This document shows positions 1-9,376 of a DNA stretch of 35,109 nucleotides, one piece after another (the stretch's first letter is position 1; every line of letters begins with the position of its first letter). The stretch spans positions 1-35,109 of the IMG/VR virus record IMGVR_UViG_3300032212_000094; one strand, written 5' to 3'. The notes under the pieces were generated by a model. The model was given only the letters and a program-made list of their open reading frames with translations. It did no database searches and was not told where the DNA came from. The position numbers and the translations under genes were made by a program. This DNA is from a virus (lineage: Duplodnaviria; Caudoviricetes).

Positions 1-17
1 TTATGACGAGGGAACTT

Positions 18-143
18 GTGCCAGAAACACTGGAGCGCATTCGCTTCCGTCAGCGTCAACTGTTCTCGCAAAAGTTCCCTCGTCATAAATTGGCAGAAGA
101 CGATGCGCGCTTTGGTGCTGGCCAGGCAATGATGCAGCCTAAG
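18..143 (+). repeat. Terminal direct repeat copy 1 (circular assembly overlap)
   Basis: GTGCCAGAAACAC...GCAGCCTAAG at 18-143 is identical to 34984-35109 (126 bp). Confidence 0.97.
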
Positions 144-350
144 ATTGCGCGCGCTGAATTAATCGCCTTGTACTTCACTATGGAACAAGACGGTTGGGTT
201 CAAGATGCCGAAGGTTACAAAGATTCCATCATTGCTGAAATTGGTGACGGTAACGGTAGCGGTGATCGTAATCGCTTGAACATTCAAGACTCACCGAAAC
301 TGGTTGGTCAATACCGCGTCCACGGTCAAAAAACACAGTTCCGCAAATAA
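18..350 (+). CDS. Tail sheath protein, C-terminal part (continues from 33847 across the circular join; about 489 aa in total)
   Basis: VPETLERIRFRQ is in the same frame at both contig ends; DRNRLNI..P.LVGQYRV....QF C-terminus typical of Mu gpL-type sheaths. Confidence 0.92.
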   Translation: MPETLERIRFRQRQLFSQKFPRHKLAEDDARFGAGQAMMQPKIARAELIALYFTMEQDGWVQDAEGYKDSIIAEIGDGNGSGDRNRLNIQDSPKLVGQYRVHGQKTQFRK

Positions 351-376
351 GCGGCCTCACATAAGGAGTTAGTAAC

Positions 377-739
377 ATGGGTGCAAGACAACTTACAGGC
401 CAAGCCAAAATTGTTGTTGATGGTAAAACATTGAAAACTGATGGTGCGGCAACACTCAATCCTGGTGGCGTTAATCGCGACAGCAAGGTTGGTAATGGTG
501 AAGTTCATGGTTACAGCGAAGAAGACGTTGTGCCGTCACTTGAATGTACAGTGTTTCATGACAAAGACACTTCGCTTAAAGAGCTTTCAGATATCACTGG
601 TGCAACGGTGTTCTTTGAATGTGACTCGGGTGCGCAGTTTGTGTTGCGTGATGCATGGACAATGGAACCAGCGACGCTCACAGCAAAAGACGGTTCAGCT
701 TCATTGAAGATGGAAGCTGTTGCGTGTGATGAGTTGTAA
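377..739 (+). CDS. Tail tube protein (Mu gpM-like)
   Basis: 120 aa directly after sheath; TAAGGAG SD; G.A.I.VDG, GG..R, GY.E...P.LEC motifs. Confidence 0.88.
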   Translation: MGARQLTGQAKIVVDGKTLKTDGAATLNPGGVNRDSKVGNGEVHGYSEEDVVPSLECTVFHDKDTSLKELSDITGATVFFECDSGAQFVLRDAWTMEPATLTAKDGSASLKMEAVACDEL

Positions 740-741
740 CA

Positions 742-1116
742 ATGGCCACCGTAGAATTTGAATTAAAAGACGGTGTAATGGTGGGCGACAAGCAAGAAAA
801 GCTTGTCGTCCTTCGCGAGCTTACGGCTGGCGAAATCATTGAGTGCGGCCAAGAAAGTGAGAAGGTGGCCATGTCACCATCTGGCCCAGTGTTGGTGCAA
901 AGCCCTGTGTTAATGGGCTTGCATACACTTTGCAAACAAATTAAATCAATTGGCTCGTTACCTGGTCCGGTTGAGCCAATGATTCTTGAGAAGCTTTCTG
1001 AATCTGATTTTGCTTTGCTGCAGATTAAAGCGGCTGAGTTTTCTCAAACAATCATGAAGCGCGTAGAGGAGTTAGCCGAGCGGGGGCGACCAGCAGGCGA
1101 CGGCGATACAGATTGA
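742..1116 (+). CDS. Tail assembly chaperone (Mu gp41 / gpE-like)
   Basis: Between tube and tape measure; LKDG..VG....V.LRELTAGE and L...DF..L motifs. Confidence 0.85.
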   Translation: MATVEFELKDGVMVGDKQEKLVVLRELTAGEIIECGQESEKVAMSPSGPVLVQSPVLMGLHTLCKQIKSIGSLPGPVEPMILEKLSESDFALLQIKAAEFSQTIMKRVEELAERGRPAGDGDTD

Positions 1117-1231
1117 ACGCGTCGTCGTCACATTAGTTGCGCGGTGTAATTACCGAGAGTCAGAGCTTCACAGTAAAACGTTTAGATCGCTAATTAGTAT
1201 GTTGAGTATTATCAAAGAGGTTAATTCATAA
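1082..1231 (+). other. Programmed -2 frameshift site GGGGGCGA (1082-1089) and 48-codon extension frame (gp41.5-like)
   Basis: Same octamer as the Mu gp41 shift site; shifted frame GDQQATAIQIERVVVTLVARCNYRESELHSKTFRSLISMLSIIKEVNS* ends at TAA 1229-1231, overlapping the tape-measure ATG. Confidence 0.8.
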
Positions 1232-2961
1232 TGCCAGGTCGCGATTTAAAGCAGTCGGTTACTGTCAACTTAGAAGGCAACCTTGCGCAAAAAGCGAAAG
1301 CTTACGAAAAGTCACTGCAGCGCATGGCGCAACGTGGGCAGAAACACATCAGTTTATTGTCTCGCTCATCGAGCATTGCCGGTCGAGGTATTGATCGTTT
1401 GGGTGGTCGTTATAGCGGGCTACTACTTGGCGGCGCAACCGTGCTGGCTGTAAAACAGGTTGGTGATCTGGAAGAACGCTATACACGCCTTGGCATTCAA
1501 GCCAATATTTCTGATGAAAAGATTGAAGGCCTCAAGCAGAGAATATTCGACACTGCAGCAGCGCCAGATATCAATGTTGATCCTGGTCAAATCATTGGTG
1601 CTTTTGAGGCTATCGTTGAGAAGACTGGTGACCTTAAATTTGCAGAAGACAATCTAAAAAATATTGCTATTGCAATGCAGGCCACCGGCGCAACGGGCGC
1701 GAGCGTTGGTGAGTTATTAGCGGAATTCCAAAAACAAGGCATCAAGAATTCAGATGCCGTGCTACAAACAATCGACATATTAAACGTGCAGGGCAAGCAA
1801 GGTGCGTTCACACTTAAAGATTTAGCAGCCCTTGGGCCTAAAGTAGTGGCGGCCTATAACGCGGCCGGTCGCTCTGGCGTGGTTGCCATGAAAGAATTGG
1901 GCGCGGCATTGCAGGTTATCCGCATGGGTACAGCAGGAAGCGCAGAAGCCGCTACAGCTTTTGAGGCAATGATGCGCACCTTTGCTGATCCTAAGAAAAT
2001 TAAACTATTAAAAGACATGGGCGGCATCAACATATTTGATGCAGAGCAGCTTAAAAAAGGCAAAGAGCAGCTGCGGCCTATTAATGAATTAATGGTCGAG
2101 ATCATCAAGGCGTCAAGTGGCAAGCAAACGAATCTCGCCGCTGTGTTTGATGGTGAGTCTATGCGGGCATTTAATTCTATCGCAGCTGAATTTCAACGCA
2201 CAGGTGGAGTTGGATCATTAGAAAAATTCATGCAGGTGCAGGGCGACGGTTCAACAACAATGGCTGATTCTGCGCGCGCAGCAAGATTATTTAATTCGTC
2301 ATTAAAAACATTGAGTACATCATGGCAAGAATTTGCCAATAACAATTTAAGCGAACCAATTAAAGATTTGAGTACGTGGCTTCGCTCGGTGAGCAAAGAG
2401 CAATCGCAGCTGGCGTTCGGTGTTGCTAAGTGGTCGGCTGGTTTGATGCTTGCGATGTTTGCTGGAAGAAAATTATTTGGTTTGTATCGCGGCATGTCAG
2501 GACTTGTTTCAGGTGTTGCTGGTAAGGCTGCGGGCGGATTACTTGGCAGTGCCGCGTCGAGCTTAAAACCAATACCCGTTTATGTAGTCAATGGCCCAGG
2601 CGCGTTAGGCGGCGGTTTGGCTGGCAAAGCAGGCAAGGCTGGCTTGTTATCCAAGGCTGGTGGTTTTGCGAAAGCAGCTGGATTCGTTGGTGCGGCTGGT
2701 GCGGCTGGTTATGGTGTTGGCACATTAATTAATGACAATCTTATTTCAGGCACTAGCGTTGGTGACGCGATTGGTAGTGCAATAGCTCATTCGCTTGCGT
2801 TTTTGGGTAACGATAATGCTCAGGCTGCAGTTGATCGTCTGGACAAGGCGCAAGCCGCGACGGCAAAGCTTGAGGTTAAGGTAACAGATGATCGCGTCAG
2901 CATTGGTTCGCTTGATTCAGATGAAGATATTGATGTTGATGCTTATGAGTGGGGTTTGTAA
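1231..2961 (+). CDS. Tail tape measure protein
   Basis: 576 aa, Ala/Gly-rich and helical with hydrophobic segments; canonical position after the chaperone. Confidence 0.9.
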   Translation: MPGRDLKQSVTVNLEGNLAQKAKAYEKSLQRMAQRGQKHISLLSRSSSIAGRGIDRLGGRYSGLLLGGATVLAVKQVGDLEERYTRLGIQANISDEKIEGLKQRIFDTAAAPDINVDPGQIIGAFEAIVEKTGDLKFAEDNLKNIAIAMQATGATGASVGELLAEFQKQGIKNSDAVLQTIDILNVQGKQGAFTLKDLAALGPKVVAAYNAAGRSGVVAMKELGAALQVIRMGTAGSAEAATAFEAMMRTFADPKKIKLLKDMGGINIFDAEQLKKGKEQLRPINELMVEIIKASSGKQTNLAAVFDGESMRAFNSIAAEFQRTGGVGSLEKFMQVQGDGSTTMADSARAARLFNSSLKTLSTSWQEFANNNLSEPIKDLSTWLRSVSKEQSQLAFGVAKWSAGLMLAMFAGRKLFGLYRGMSGLVSGVAGKAAGGLLGSAASSLKPIPVYVVNGPGALGGGLAGKAGKAGLLSKAGGFAKAAGFVGAAGAAGYGVGTLINDNLISGTSVGDAIGSAIAHSLAFLGNDNAQAAVDRLDKAQAATAKLEVKVTDDRVSIGSLDSDEDIDVDAYEWGL

Positions 2962-4146
2962 ATGAGTTGGCGTGATGGATTTACAGCAAAAGCAAGTTAT
3001 CGAGGTGCTGAGTTTTTAGTTAAGAATTCAGATGCGGCATTTGGTCGTCGTGTGCAAGTGCATGAATACCCATTGCGCGACAAGCCGTTTGCAGAAGATC
3101 TTGGTCGCAAGGCGCGTAAGTTTAAACTTGAAGCGTTCTTTATTGGTGGCGATTACATTGCCGCGCGCGATAAGATGATTGATGAAATTGAAAAGATCGG
3201 TGGCGGTGAATTAATACACCCTTATTACGGAACAATGAATGTCACGGTTACTGATTTCAGTATTCGTGAAAGCACCAGCCACGGTGGTTACGCCACGATT
3301 CAAATGCAGTTTGTTGAAACGGGTGAATTGATATTTCCTGCTGTCCGAAAGAACACACAAGTTGCCACGGTGTCATCGAGCGATGCAGCACAGCAAGCCG
3401 CGATTGATTCATTCACAGACGGTTTTGGTTTGAGCGATATATCGGATGCGGTGGATAGCTACTTATCCGAGGTTGGTGGCATGCTGTCTGGTGTTGAAGA
3501 TGTGATCGGCAATGTTACTGGGCCATTGGCAGATATTGTTCGTTCACCTGCTGAGCTGGGCACAGCCATTGCAGGTTCTATTACCAATATTACTAACTTG
3601 ATCAATGAGCCATTCAGGGCGCTGTCAATTTACCGCCGTTTATTTGGAGCAGGCGGTGATTACAGTGGCAACAATAGCCCGCGCGCACGTCAATCAATTC
3701 GTAACTCGCAATTGACAACAAACCTAATTCGCTCAACGGCATTGATTCAATTTGCACGCACTACATCCGAATTGGAATTATCACCATCACAGCAAGGTGA
3801 TCAGCCCATTACACGCAATCAGGTGTTAACCCTTCGCGACGAGTTTCTTGATCAGGTTGATGAGCATCAAGAATCAACCGATATTTTAACCGGCGAGCCA
3901 ATTGACGATGATATGTTCAATGCCTTTTCAGATATGCGCTTGGCGGTAGTCGAAGATCTATCAGAGCGCGCTGGCCGTTTACCAAAGGTGGTTGATTATA
4001 AGCCACAAGCCACATTGCCATCAGTGGTGATCGCGCACAGCATTCATGGCGACGCTTCTCGAGAAACAGAAATAGTGCATTTGAATGACATTCGTCATCC
4101 TGGCTTTGTTGCCGGCGGCGAAGTGATTGAGGTGCTGAGTGAGTAA
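2962..4146 (+). CDS. DNA circularisation protein (Mu gpN-like)
   Basis: N-terminal W...ASYRG..F.V.....GRR...HEYP.RD....EDLGR and L.HPYYG motifs; C-terminal I.HPGFV. Confidence 0.9.
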   Translation: MSWRDGFTAKASYRGAEFLVKNSDAAFGRRVQVHEYPLRDKPFAEDLGRKARKFKLEAFFIGGDYIAARDKMIDEIEKIGGGELIHPYYGTMNVTVTDFSIRESTSHGGYATIQMQFVETGELIFPAVRKNTQVATVSSSDAAQQAAIDSFTDGFGLSDISDAVDSYLSEVGGMLSGVEDVIGNVTGPLADIVRSPAELGTAIAGSITNITNLINEPFRALSIYRRLFGAGGDYSGNNSPRARQSIRNSQLTTNLIRSTALIQFARTTSELELSPSQQGDQPITRNQVLTLRDEFLDQVDEHQESTDILTGEPIDDDMFNAFSDMRLAVVEDLSERAGRLPKVVDYKPQATLPSVVIAHSIHGDASRETEIVHLNDIRHPGFVAGGEVIEVLSE

Positions 4147-5182
4147 CCAGTTAAGGCTTGAGATCGCTGGTAACAAGTTTGAAGGCTGGCTGCGAATTCG
4201 TGTGGTGCGTAGTATTGAAAGACCGACCGGCACGTTTAGCCTAAGCATCACTGAACGCTGGGAATCTGCTAAAGATGCGCCACCACAAATCATCGCGGGC
4301 GATGAGTGCAAGGTTTTCATTAATGATGATCTGGTGCTGGCTGGCCACGTCGATGACATCTTGCCAAGTTATGACGCGAAAACACACACCATCAAAATTA
4401 CTGGGCGCTCAAAGGCGGCTGATTTGGTTGATTGCGGCCAACGAGCTCGCGAGTGGAAAGAACGCAGCCTGGGGCAAATTGCTATGGACTTAGCGAGGCC
4501 ATACGGCATTAACGTTCGTGATGATGCCAACGTGGGCAAATCATTCGCCAGTCAGGCAATCGAACCTGGTCAAACCGCTTATGAGTTTCTTGAGAAACTA
4601 GCACGGCAACGTGCGGTGCGCTTTATTAGTGATGCGGATGGCACGCTGGTTATTACTCGTGCTGGCACTAAGCGAATCAGCACGCCCTTGCAGCTGGGCA
4701 TCAACATCATGTCAGCGGGTGGTCGTTTTTCAGTTCGTGATCGTTTTCATAAATACACAGTGATTGGTCAGCGACCAGGTACGGACTGGAACAATACCGA
4801 CGCTGCAGCAGATCAGCAGGCGAGCGAAATAGATGCCGATGTTCGCGAGGTTCGCGAGCAAGTCATTCTTGCTGAAAATGCAGTGGACATCGATGACTGT
4901 AAACGCAGAGCAAAGTGGAAACGCAACACGGCTTATGGCAAAGGCCACGGCTTAACTTACACTGTTCGCGGCTGGCGTCATGCTGGCGGTTTATGGGAAC
5001 CAAATACATTAGTGCCAATCATTGATCCGTGGATGCGGCTTGATAATGAGTTTCTTTTAATTACCGGCGTTCAATATTTGCTGGACAAAGAAGGTGAGCG
5101 AACCGAAATACAAGTGATGCCAGCAGAGGCCTTTGATTTGTTGCCCTTGCCGCCGAAAAAGGAAGCCGTGAAATGGAGCTAA
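4139..5182 (+). CDS. Baseplate hub protein (Mu gp44/gpP-like)
   Basis: F.GW..I...RSIE, GRSK.ADLVDC, RF..YTV.GQ and GLW.PN motifs; synteny. Confidence 0.9.
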   Translation: MSNQLRLEIAGNKFEGWLRIRVVRSIERPTGTFSLSITERWESAKDAPPQIIAGDECKVFINDDLVLAGHVDDILPSYDAKTHTIKITGRSKAADLVDCGQRAREWKERSLGQIAMDLARPYGINVRDDANVGKSFASQAIEPGQTAYEFLEKLARQRAVRFISDADGTLVITRAGTKRISTPLQLGINIMSAGGRFSVRDRFHKYTVIGQRPGTDWNNTDAAADQQASEIDADVREVREQVILAENAVDIDDCKRRAKWKRNTAYGKGHGLTYTVRGWRHAGGLWEPNTLVPIIDPWMRLDNEFLLITGVQYLLDKEGERTEIQVMPAEAFDLLPLPPKKEAVKWS

Positions 5183-5643
5183 ACACCATCACGCGCATTA
5201 TTGAAAGTGCATTGCGACCAATACGCCGCAAGCTAACATTGATGCTCACACGCGCTGTGGGTCGTTTAGTTGATCCGACCGTGTTAATGCAAACTGTTCA
5301 GCTGGAATTGATGTCAGGCGAAACACGCAGCGACATTGAGCTTTGGGAATCTTACGGTTTTACTTCTAATCCGCTCAAAGGCTTTGAGGCGATTGGTGCA
5401 AATATTGGCGGTGGTCGTGATCACCTTGTTTGTTTAGTTGCCGCTGATCGCCGTTACCGACCACTTGGGCTGGAGCCTGGCGAAGTATGCTTGCATACCG
5501 ATGAAGACAAAGCAGCTGGTCAGCATCGAATTCATTTTAAGCGTGGCAAAGAAATTCACATGATCGCCGGTGCATCTTCTATTGTGATGACACCAACAGG
5601 TGTGACCATCACCACGCCTAACTTCGACATTGTGAAGGGCTAA
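5173..5643 (+). CDS. Baseplate spike protein (Mu gp45/gpV-like)
   Basis: YGFTS.P, GG.R.H......DRRYRP..L..GEV.L motifs; short C-terminus followed by a PAAR gene. Confidence 0.88.
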   Translation: MELNTITRIIESALRPIRRKLTLMLTRAVGRLVDPTVLMQTVQLELMSGETRSDIELWESYGFTSNPLKGFEAIGANIGGGRDHLVCLVAADRRYRPLGLEPGEVCLHTDEDKAAGQHRIHFKRGKEIHMIAGASSIVMTPTGVTITTPNFDIVKG

Positions 5644-5644
5644 T

Positions 5645-5911
5645 ATGCCAGGTATCGCGCGCGTTAGTTCAGATTCAGCAGGAGGTACGCAGCTTGGCGG
5701 TGGTCAGGACTTTTGCCGCATCGATGGCGACCTGATTGTGTTGCTAGGTGATGATGTAGCTGGGCATGGCCCAGGTGAACACGCGGGCCCAGTCATGGCC
5801 GAAGGCAGTTCTTTTGCTCGCATCGATGGCATTCCAATCTGTCGTGCTGGCCACCTTGCCAGCTGTGGTGATGCCAGCACAGGAAGCAATTACGCCTCTC
5901 TCAGCGACTAA
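5645..5911 (+). CDS. PAAR-family spike tip protein
   Basis: 88 aa with PGIARV / GIPICRAGH..SCG repeats and His/Cys metal ligands. Confidence 0.85.
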   Translation: MPGIARVSSDSAGGTQLGGGQDFCRIDGDLIVLLGDDVAGHGPGEHAGPVMAEGSSFARIDGIPICRAGHLASCGDASTGSNYASLSD

Positions 5912-5912
5912 G

Positions 5913-5995
5913 CAACACACATAATACTAACCTGCAAACCAGCGATAGTAAGGCTCATCAACACACATAATAGTGCCACACGTTTGAGTAATAAT
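5913..5995 (+). promoter_or_regulatory. Tandem putative activator-dependent late promoters upstream of gp46
   Basis: Two CAACACACATAATA boxes (5913, 5959), each followed after 17 bp by a -10-like hexamer (GATAGT 5944, AATAAT 5990); both boxes recur upstream of the portal gene. Confidence 0.65.
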
Positions 5996-6041
5996 TGCCG
6001 TGTAAATAGCGCTAACAAATTACCGGAGCAGGTCATGTAAC

Positions 6042-6494
6042 ATGGATATTGATCTAGACATCACCAATATCAATTCCGAGTACCACTTTGATATCAGCCT
6101 TGCTGGTTCTGACTTGCGCACCGAATCTGGTTTGCGTTCTGCCGTTATTATTTCTTTGTTCACCGATGCCCGCGCAGAACCTTCTGACGTTATTCCTGAT
6201 GGCAGTACTGAGCGCCGTGGTTGTTGGATGGATTCTTATCCAGATATTCAAGGCGACCAAATGGGTTCACGTCTTTGGTTGCTGGGCCGCGAAAAAGAAA
6301 TAGCCGAAACATTACGCCGCGCACAAAGTTACGCAGAAGAAGCCCTGCAGTGGTTGATTACTGATGGTGTAGTGACAGCCGTTCAAGTAACCGCAGAGCG
6401 TGTTCGTTCAACAGTGCTGGGTTTAGTGGTTGTGTTAACACTTAAATCGGGCGGCCAGTTTGAAGATGTGTTTGATTATCGGGTGGCTGCATAA
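6042..6494 (+). CDS. Baseplate wedge protein (Mu gp46-like)
   Basis: AVIISLFTDARA, RRG.W.D, GSRLWLL.R.K, YAEEAL.WL..DG motifs. Confidence 0.92.
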   Translation: MDIDLDITNINSEYHFDISLAGSDLRTESGLRSAVIISLFTDARAEPSDVIPDGSTERRGCWMDSYPDIQGDQMGSRLWLLGREKEIAETLRRAQSYAEEALQWLITDGVVTAVQVTAERVRSTVLGLVVVLTLKSGGQFEDVFDYRVAA

Positions 6495-7552
6495 TGTCAT
6501 TCCTTCGCCCATCATTGCTTACACTTATTGATCGCGCTCAAACAGATATCGATTCACGCATTCAAGGTGCAGATTCACGTTTGCGCCGTTCTGTTTTGGG
6601 CGTGTTGGCGCGCGTTCTTGCTGGTGTGTCTCATGGCTTACATGGCCACCTTGATTATATTTCAAAGCAGATACTTCCAGACAAGGCAGAGGCCGAAGAA
6701 CTTGCTCGCCATGCATCGATTTGGTTAAAAAACCAACGTCTTGCTGCAACGTTCGCAGCTGGCTCAGCAGCTTTCACAGGTAATGATGGTGTGGTTATAC
6801 CAGCTGGCACGGCCATGCAGCGCAGCGACGGTGAAACATTTACAACCGATGCAGATGGCACCATTGCATCAGGCACTGTCACGATTGCGCTCACTGCAGA
6901 TGTGGCCGGTGTATCAGGAAATTGCGCAGCATTTAGCAAGCTGCAAATGATCAGCGCCATCGCCGGTGCAGAGGGTGAGGCGACTATTGACGTCAACGGA
7001 CTCACCGGCGGCGTGGACATTGAATCTGATGACTCTCTACGCGCACGCGTACTGGACAGGATTCAAAACCCGCCTCACGGTGGCGCTGATTTCGACTATA
7101 TAACGTGGGCAAAAGAAGTGGCAGGTGTCACGCGCGCATGGGTTTACGCGCAAGAGTTAGGTTTTGGTACCGTCACGGTTCGGTTCATGATGGACGAGGC
7201 CTACGCAGATGGCATTCCGCTCGCTGCAGATGTAACCACTGTGCAAGATTACATTGATACCGTTCGGCCAGTGACATCTGACGCTACCGTGGTTGCGCCG
7301 GTAGCAGTGCCGATGAATTTTAATATCACAGGTTTATCACCTAGCACCGCTGCGGTTAAAGCAGCTATTGAAGATGAACTGAAAGACCTGCTTGAACGTG
7401 AAGCCATTCCTGGTGGCACGATTTTAATTAGCCATATTCGTGAAGCCATTTCCATTGCTGCAGGTGAAGTGGATCATGTGCTGGTAACACCTGCTGCGGA
7501 CGTAACACATAGCACAGGTGAAATAGCGACCTTTGGAGTCATAACATGGTAA
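6494..7552 (+). CDS. Baseplate J-like protein (Mu gp47)
   Basis: GG.D.ESD..LR.R.L.RIQNPPHGGA..DY..WA.EV.GV.RAW motif. Confidence 0.93.
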   Translation: MSFLRPSLLTLIDRAQTDIDSRIQGADSRLRRSVLGVLARVLAGVSHGLHGHLDYISKQILPDKAEAEELARHASIWLKNQRLAATFAAGSAAFTGNDGVVIPAGTAMQRSDGETFTTDADGTIASGTVTIALTADVAGVSGNCAAFSKLQMISAIAGAEGEATIDVNGLTGGVDIESDDSLRARVLDRIQNPPHGGADFDYITWAKEVAGVTRAWVYAQELGFGTVTVRFMMDEAYADGIPLAADVTTVQDYIDTVRPVTSDATVVAPVAVPMNFNITGLSPSTAAVKAAIEDELKDLLEREAIPGGTILISHIREAISIAAGEVDHVLVTPAADVTHSTGEIATFGVITW

Positions 7553-8130
7553 GGGCATTAGCGGATTACCTACAGCAAATGCAAGCGTTATTGCCGCGTG
7601 GTGATGCGTGGTCGCATGAACCAGATAACGTATTAACAAAATTGCTCACGGCATTAGCAAAAGAATTTTCGCGTGTTGATGCCCGCGCATCAGATATATT
7701 GGATGAAGCTGATCCGCGAACCACTTATGAATTGCTTATTGATTGGGAACGTGTTGCTGGTTTACCAGATACATGCACCGACCAAGTGGACACATTGCAA
7801 GAACGCCGTGATGCATTAGTTTCAAAACTCACCAGCATTGGCAATCAATCGCGCCAGTATTTTATCGATATTGCAGCGGCCCTTGGTTACACCATTACGA
7901 TTACTGAGTATCGTCCTTATTTTGTAAACACAGCAATCAATATGCCAATTAACGATGAGACTTGGCGTTTTGTTTGGAGCGTTAACGCACCAGAAGAAAC
8001 AATTCGTTCAATGACCGTGAACAGCGAAGTTGATATGCCGCTTCGTGACTGGGGCAACGAACAACTTGAATGCCTAATTAATAAATTTAAGCCAGCACAT
8101 ACACATGCGCTGTTTGCCTACGGAGGTTAA
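7546..8130 (+). CDS. Baseplate protein (Mu gp48 / YmfQ-like)
   Basis: LLPRG.AW, E.DPRTT.ELL.DWER..GLPD.C, LEC.I...KPAHT motifs. Confidence 0.92.
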   Translation: MVRALADYLQQMQALLPRGDAWSHEPDNVLTKLLTALAKEFSRVDARASDILDEADPRTTYELLIDWERVAGLPDTCTDQVDTLQERRDALVSKLTSIGNQSRQYFIDIAAALGYTITITEYRPYFVNTAINMPINDETWRFVWSVNAPEETIRSMTVNSEVDMPLRDWGNEQLECLINKFKPAHTHALFAYGG

Positions 8131-8136
8131 CGAATA

Positions 8137-8841
8137 ATGGAACCGAAAAATTATCAAAGTGGTGCAGCTGGCTCAGCACCAGCAGCAGAAGCATCACCCA
8201 GCAATGGCTTTCCGACTGATGGCGACCCAGCAACATCGGTTCCTGCAACCGTTCCAGGCGCGGCATGGTTTCATCAGATTGGCGAAGAACTTCGCAATAT
8301 TTTAGTTCAAGAAAGCGTTACACCTGATGATGCTGATTTAACACAAATTCATACGACTATTGCCGAGATGATTGCAGCATCGGCTACCACGAATGAGTAC
8401 ATAAAACTTAGCGATGTTAAAGCATCAGGTACAGAGGGCGGCGGCTTCACTTCTGGCGCATGGCAAACAAGAACGTTAAATACAGAAGATACGGATACTG
8501 GTAATCACTGCTCTTTATCATCTAATCAATTTACATTAGACGCTGGAACATACGAAATACTGGCTACTGCTCGCACTGCAAAGGTAAATGGTAATAAGTT
8601 GCGGTTGCGCAATATTACTGATTCTGCAGACACTCTGATCGGATTAAATGCTTTCACTGAGGCGACGCACGCCGGAAGCAATATAGCTGTTCTTTCTGGC
8701 CGATTTACAATAGCAGCATCTAAAACATTTGAGCTACAACATAGATGTCAAGTCACAAGAGCAACTAATGGTTATGGTGAAAGCACTGGTTTTGGAGTAA
8801 GCGAAGTATACGCAATAATCGAACTATCGAAGGTGGGCTAA
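8137..8841 (+). CDS. Short tail fibre / receptor-binding protein
   Basis: Mu gp49-like N-terminus (GFPTDGDP....AT...A.WF..I.EEL); beta-rich C-terminal domain (FTL.AGTY.I.A). Confidence 0.75.
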   Translation: MEPKNYQSGAAGSAPAAEASPSNGFPTDGDPATSVPATVPGAAWFHQIGEELRNILVQESVTPDDADLTQIHTTIAEMIAASATTNEYIKLSDVKASGTEGGGFTSGAWQTRTLNTEDTDTGNHCSLSSNQFTLDAGTYEILATARTAKVNGNKLRLRNITDSADTLIGLNAFTEATHAGSNIAVLSGRFTIAASKTFELQHRCQVTRATNGYGESTGFGVSEVYAIIELSKVG

Positions 8842-9366
8842 ATGAAATATTGCAAATTGGATAATAGCAACGTAGTTGTGCAAGTTCAGCCAGACAAGGC
8901 GGATGGTTTTATTGAATGCGACGATAGAGTTCATTGTGGTTTGGTGTTAGTGAATGGGCTGTATGAGCAACCACTCAAGCAGCTGGATGATGTGCAAAAA
9001 GATGCCGTATCGAAAATTGACACCGCTGCTGAATCTGCTCGTTTAAAATTTATTACACCAGGCGCTGGGCAAATGCTGATGTATGAATTCAAGCGAGTGG
9101 AAACTGAAAAATTTCTTGCCGCTACAAATCCAAATGCAGTTGATTTCCCATTAATGAACGAACGCGCTACACGAAAAGGTGTGCCGCTTGGTGACGTGGC
9201 CACTGAATGGCAAGCCAAGTCTGATGGATGGATGGCAATCGCCGCGCAAATCGAAGGCCTGCGTGAAGGTGCTAAAGATGCCATCGCTGCAGTTGTTGAT
9301 GATGCAAATGCACAAACCAGCATCGATGCAATTGTGAACGGCATCACTTGGCCAGTGCCAGCATAA
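8842..9366 (+). CDS. Tail-fibre associated / assembly protein
   Basis: Immediately after the fibre; ID.AAE.AR..FITPG.GQ...Y..K..E motif and W-P C-terminus seen in this gene class. Confidence 0.6.
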   Translation: MKYCKLDNSNVVVQVQPDKADGFIECDDRVHCGLVLVNGLYEQPLKQLDDVQKDAVSKIDTAAESARLKFITPGAGQMLMYEFKRVETEKFLAATNPNAVDFPLMNERATRKGVPLGDVATEWQAKSDGWMAIAAQIEGLREGAKDAIAAVVDDANAQTSIDAIVNGITWPVPA

Positions 9367-9376
9367 GGCCAGTTAA

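Noticed and set aside
1-88. N15-like hairpin telomere / linear plasmid prophage
   Set aside because: No protelomerase or parA; the inverted segment is only 17 nt, inside a coding region
5913-5981. Mini-CRISPR array from the CACACATAATA repeats
   Set aside because: Only two short copies per locus, unequal spacing between loci (46 versus 81 bp), no cas genes; the fixed distance to -10 boxes fits promoters
377-9366. Transposable Mu-like phage, or tailocin/eCIS/T6SS locus
   Set aside because: No transposase, MuB, gin or mom; a full head, terminase, cos and tyrosine integrase are present
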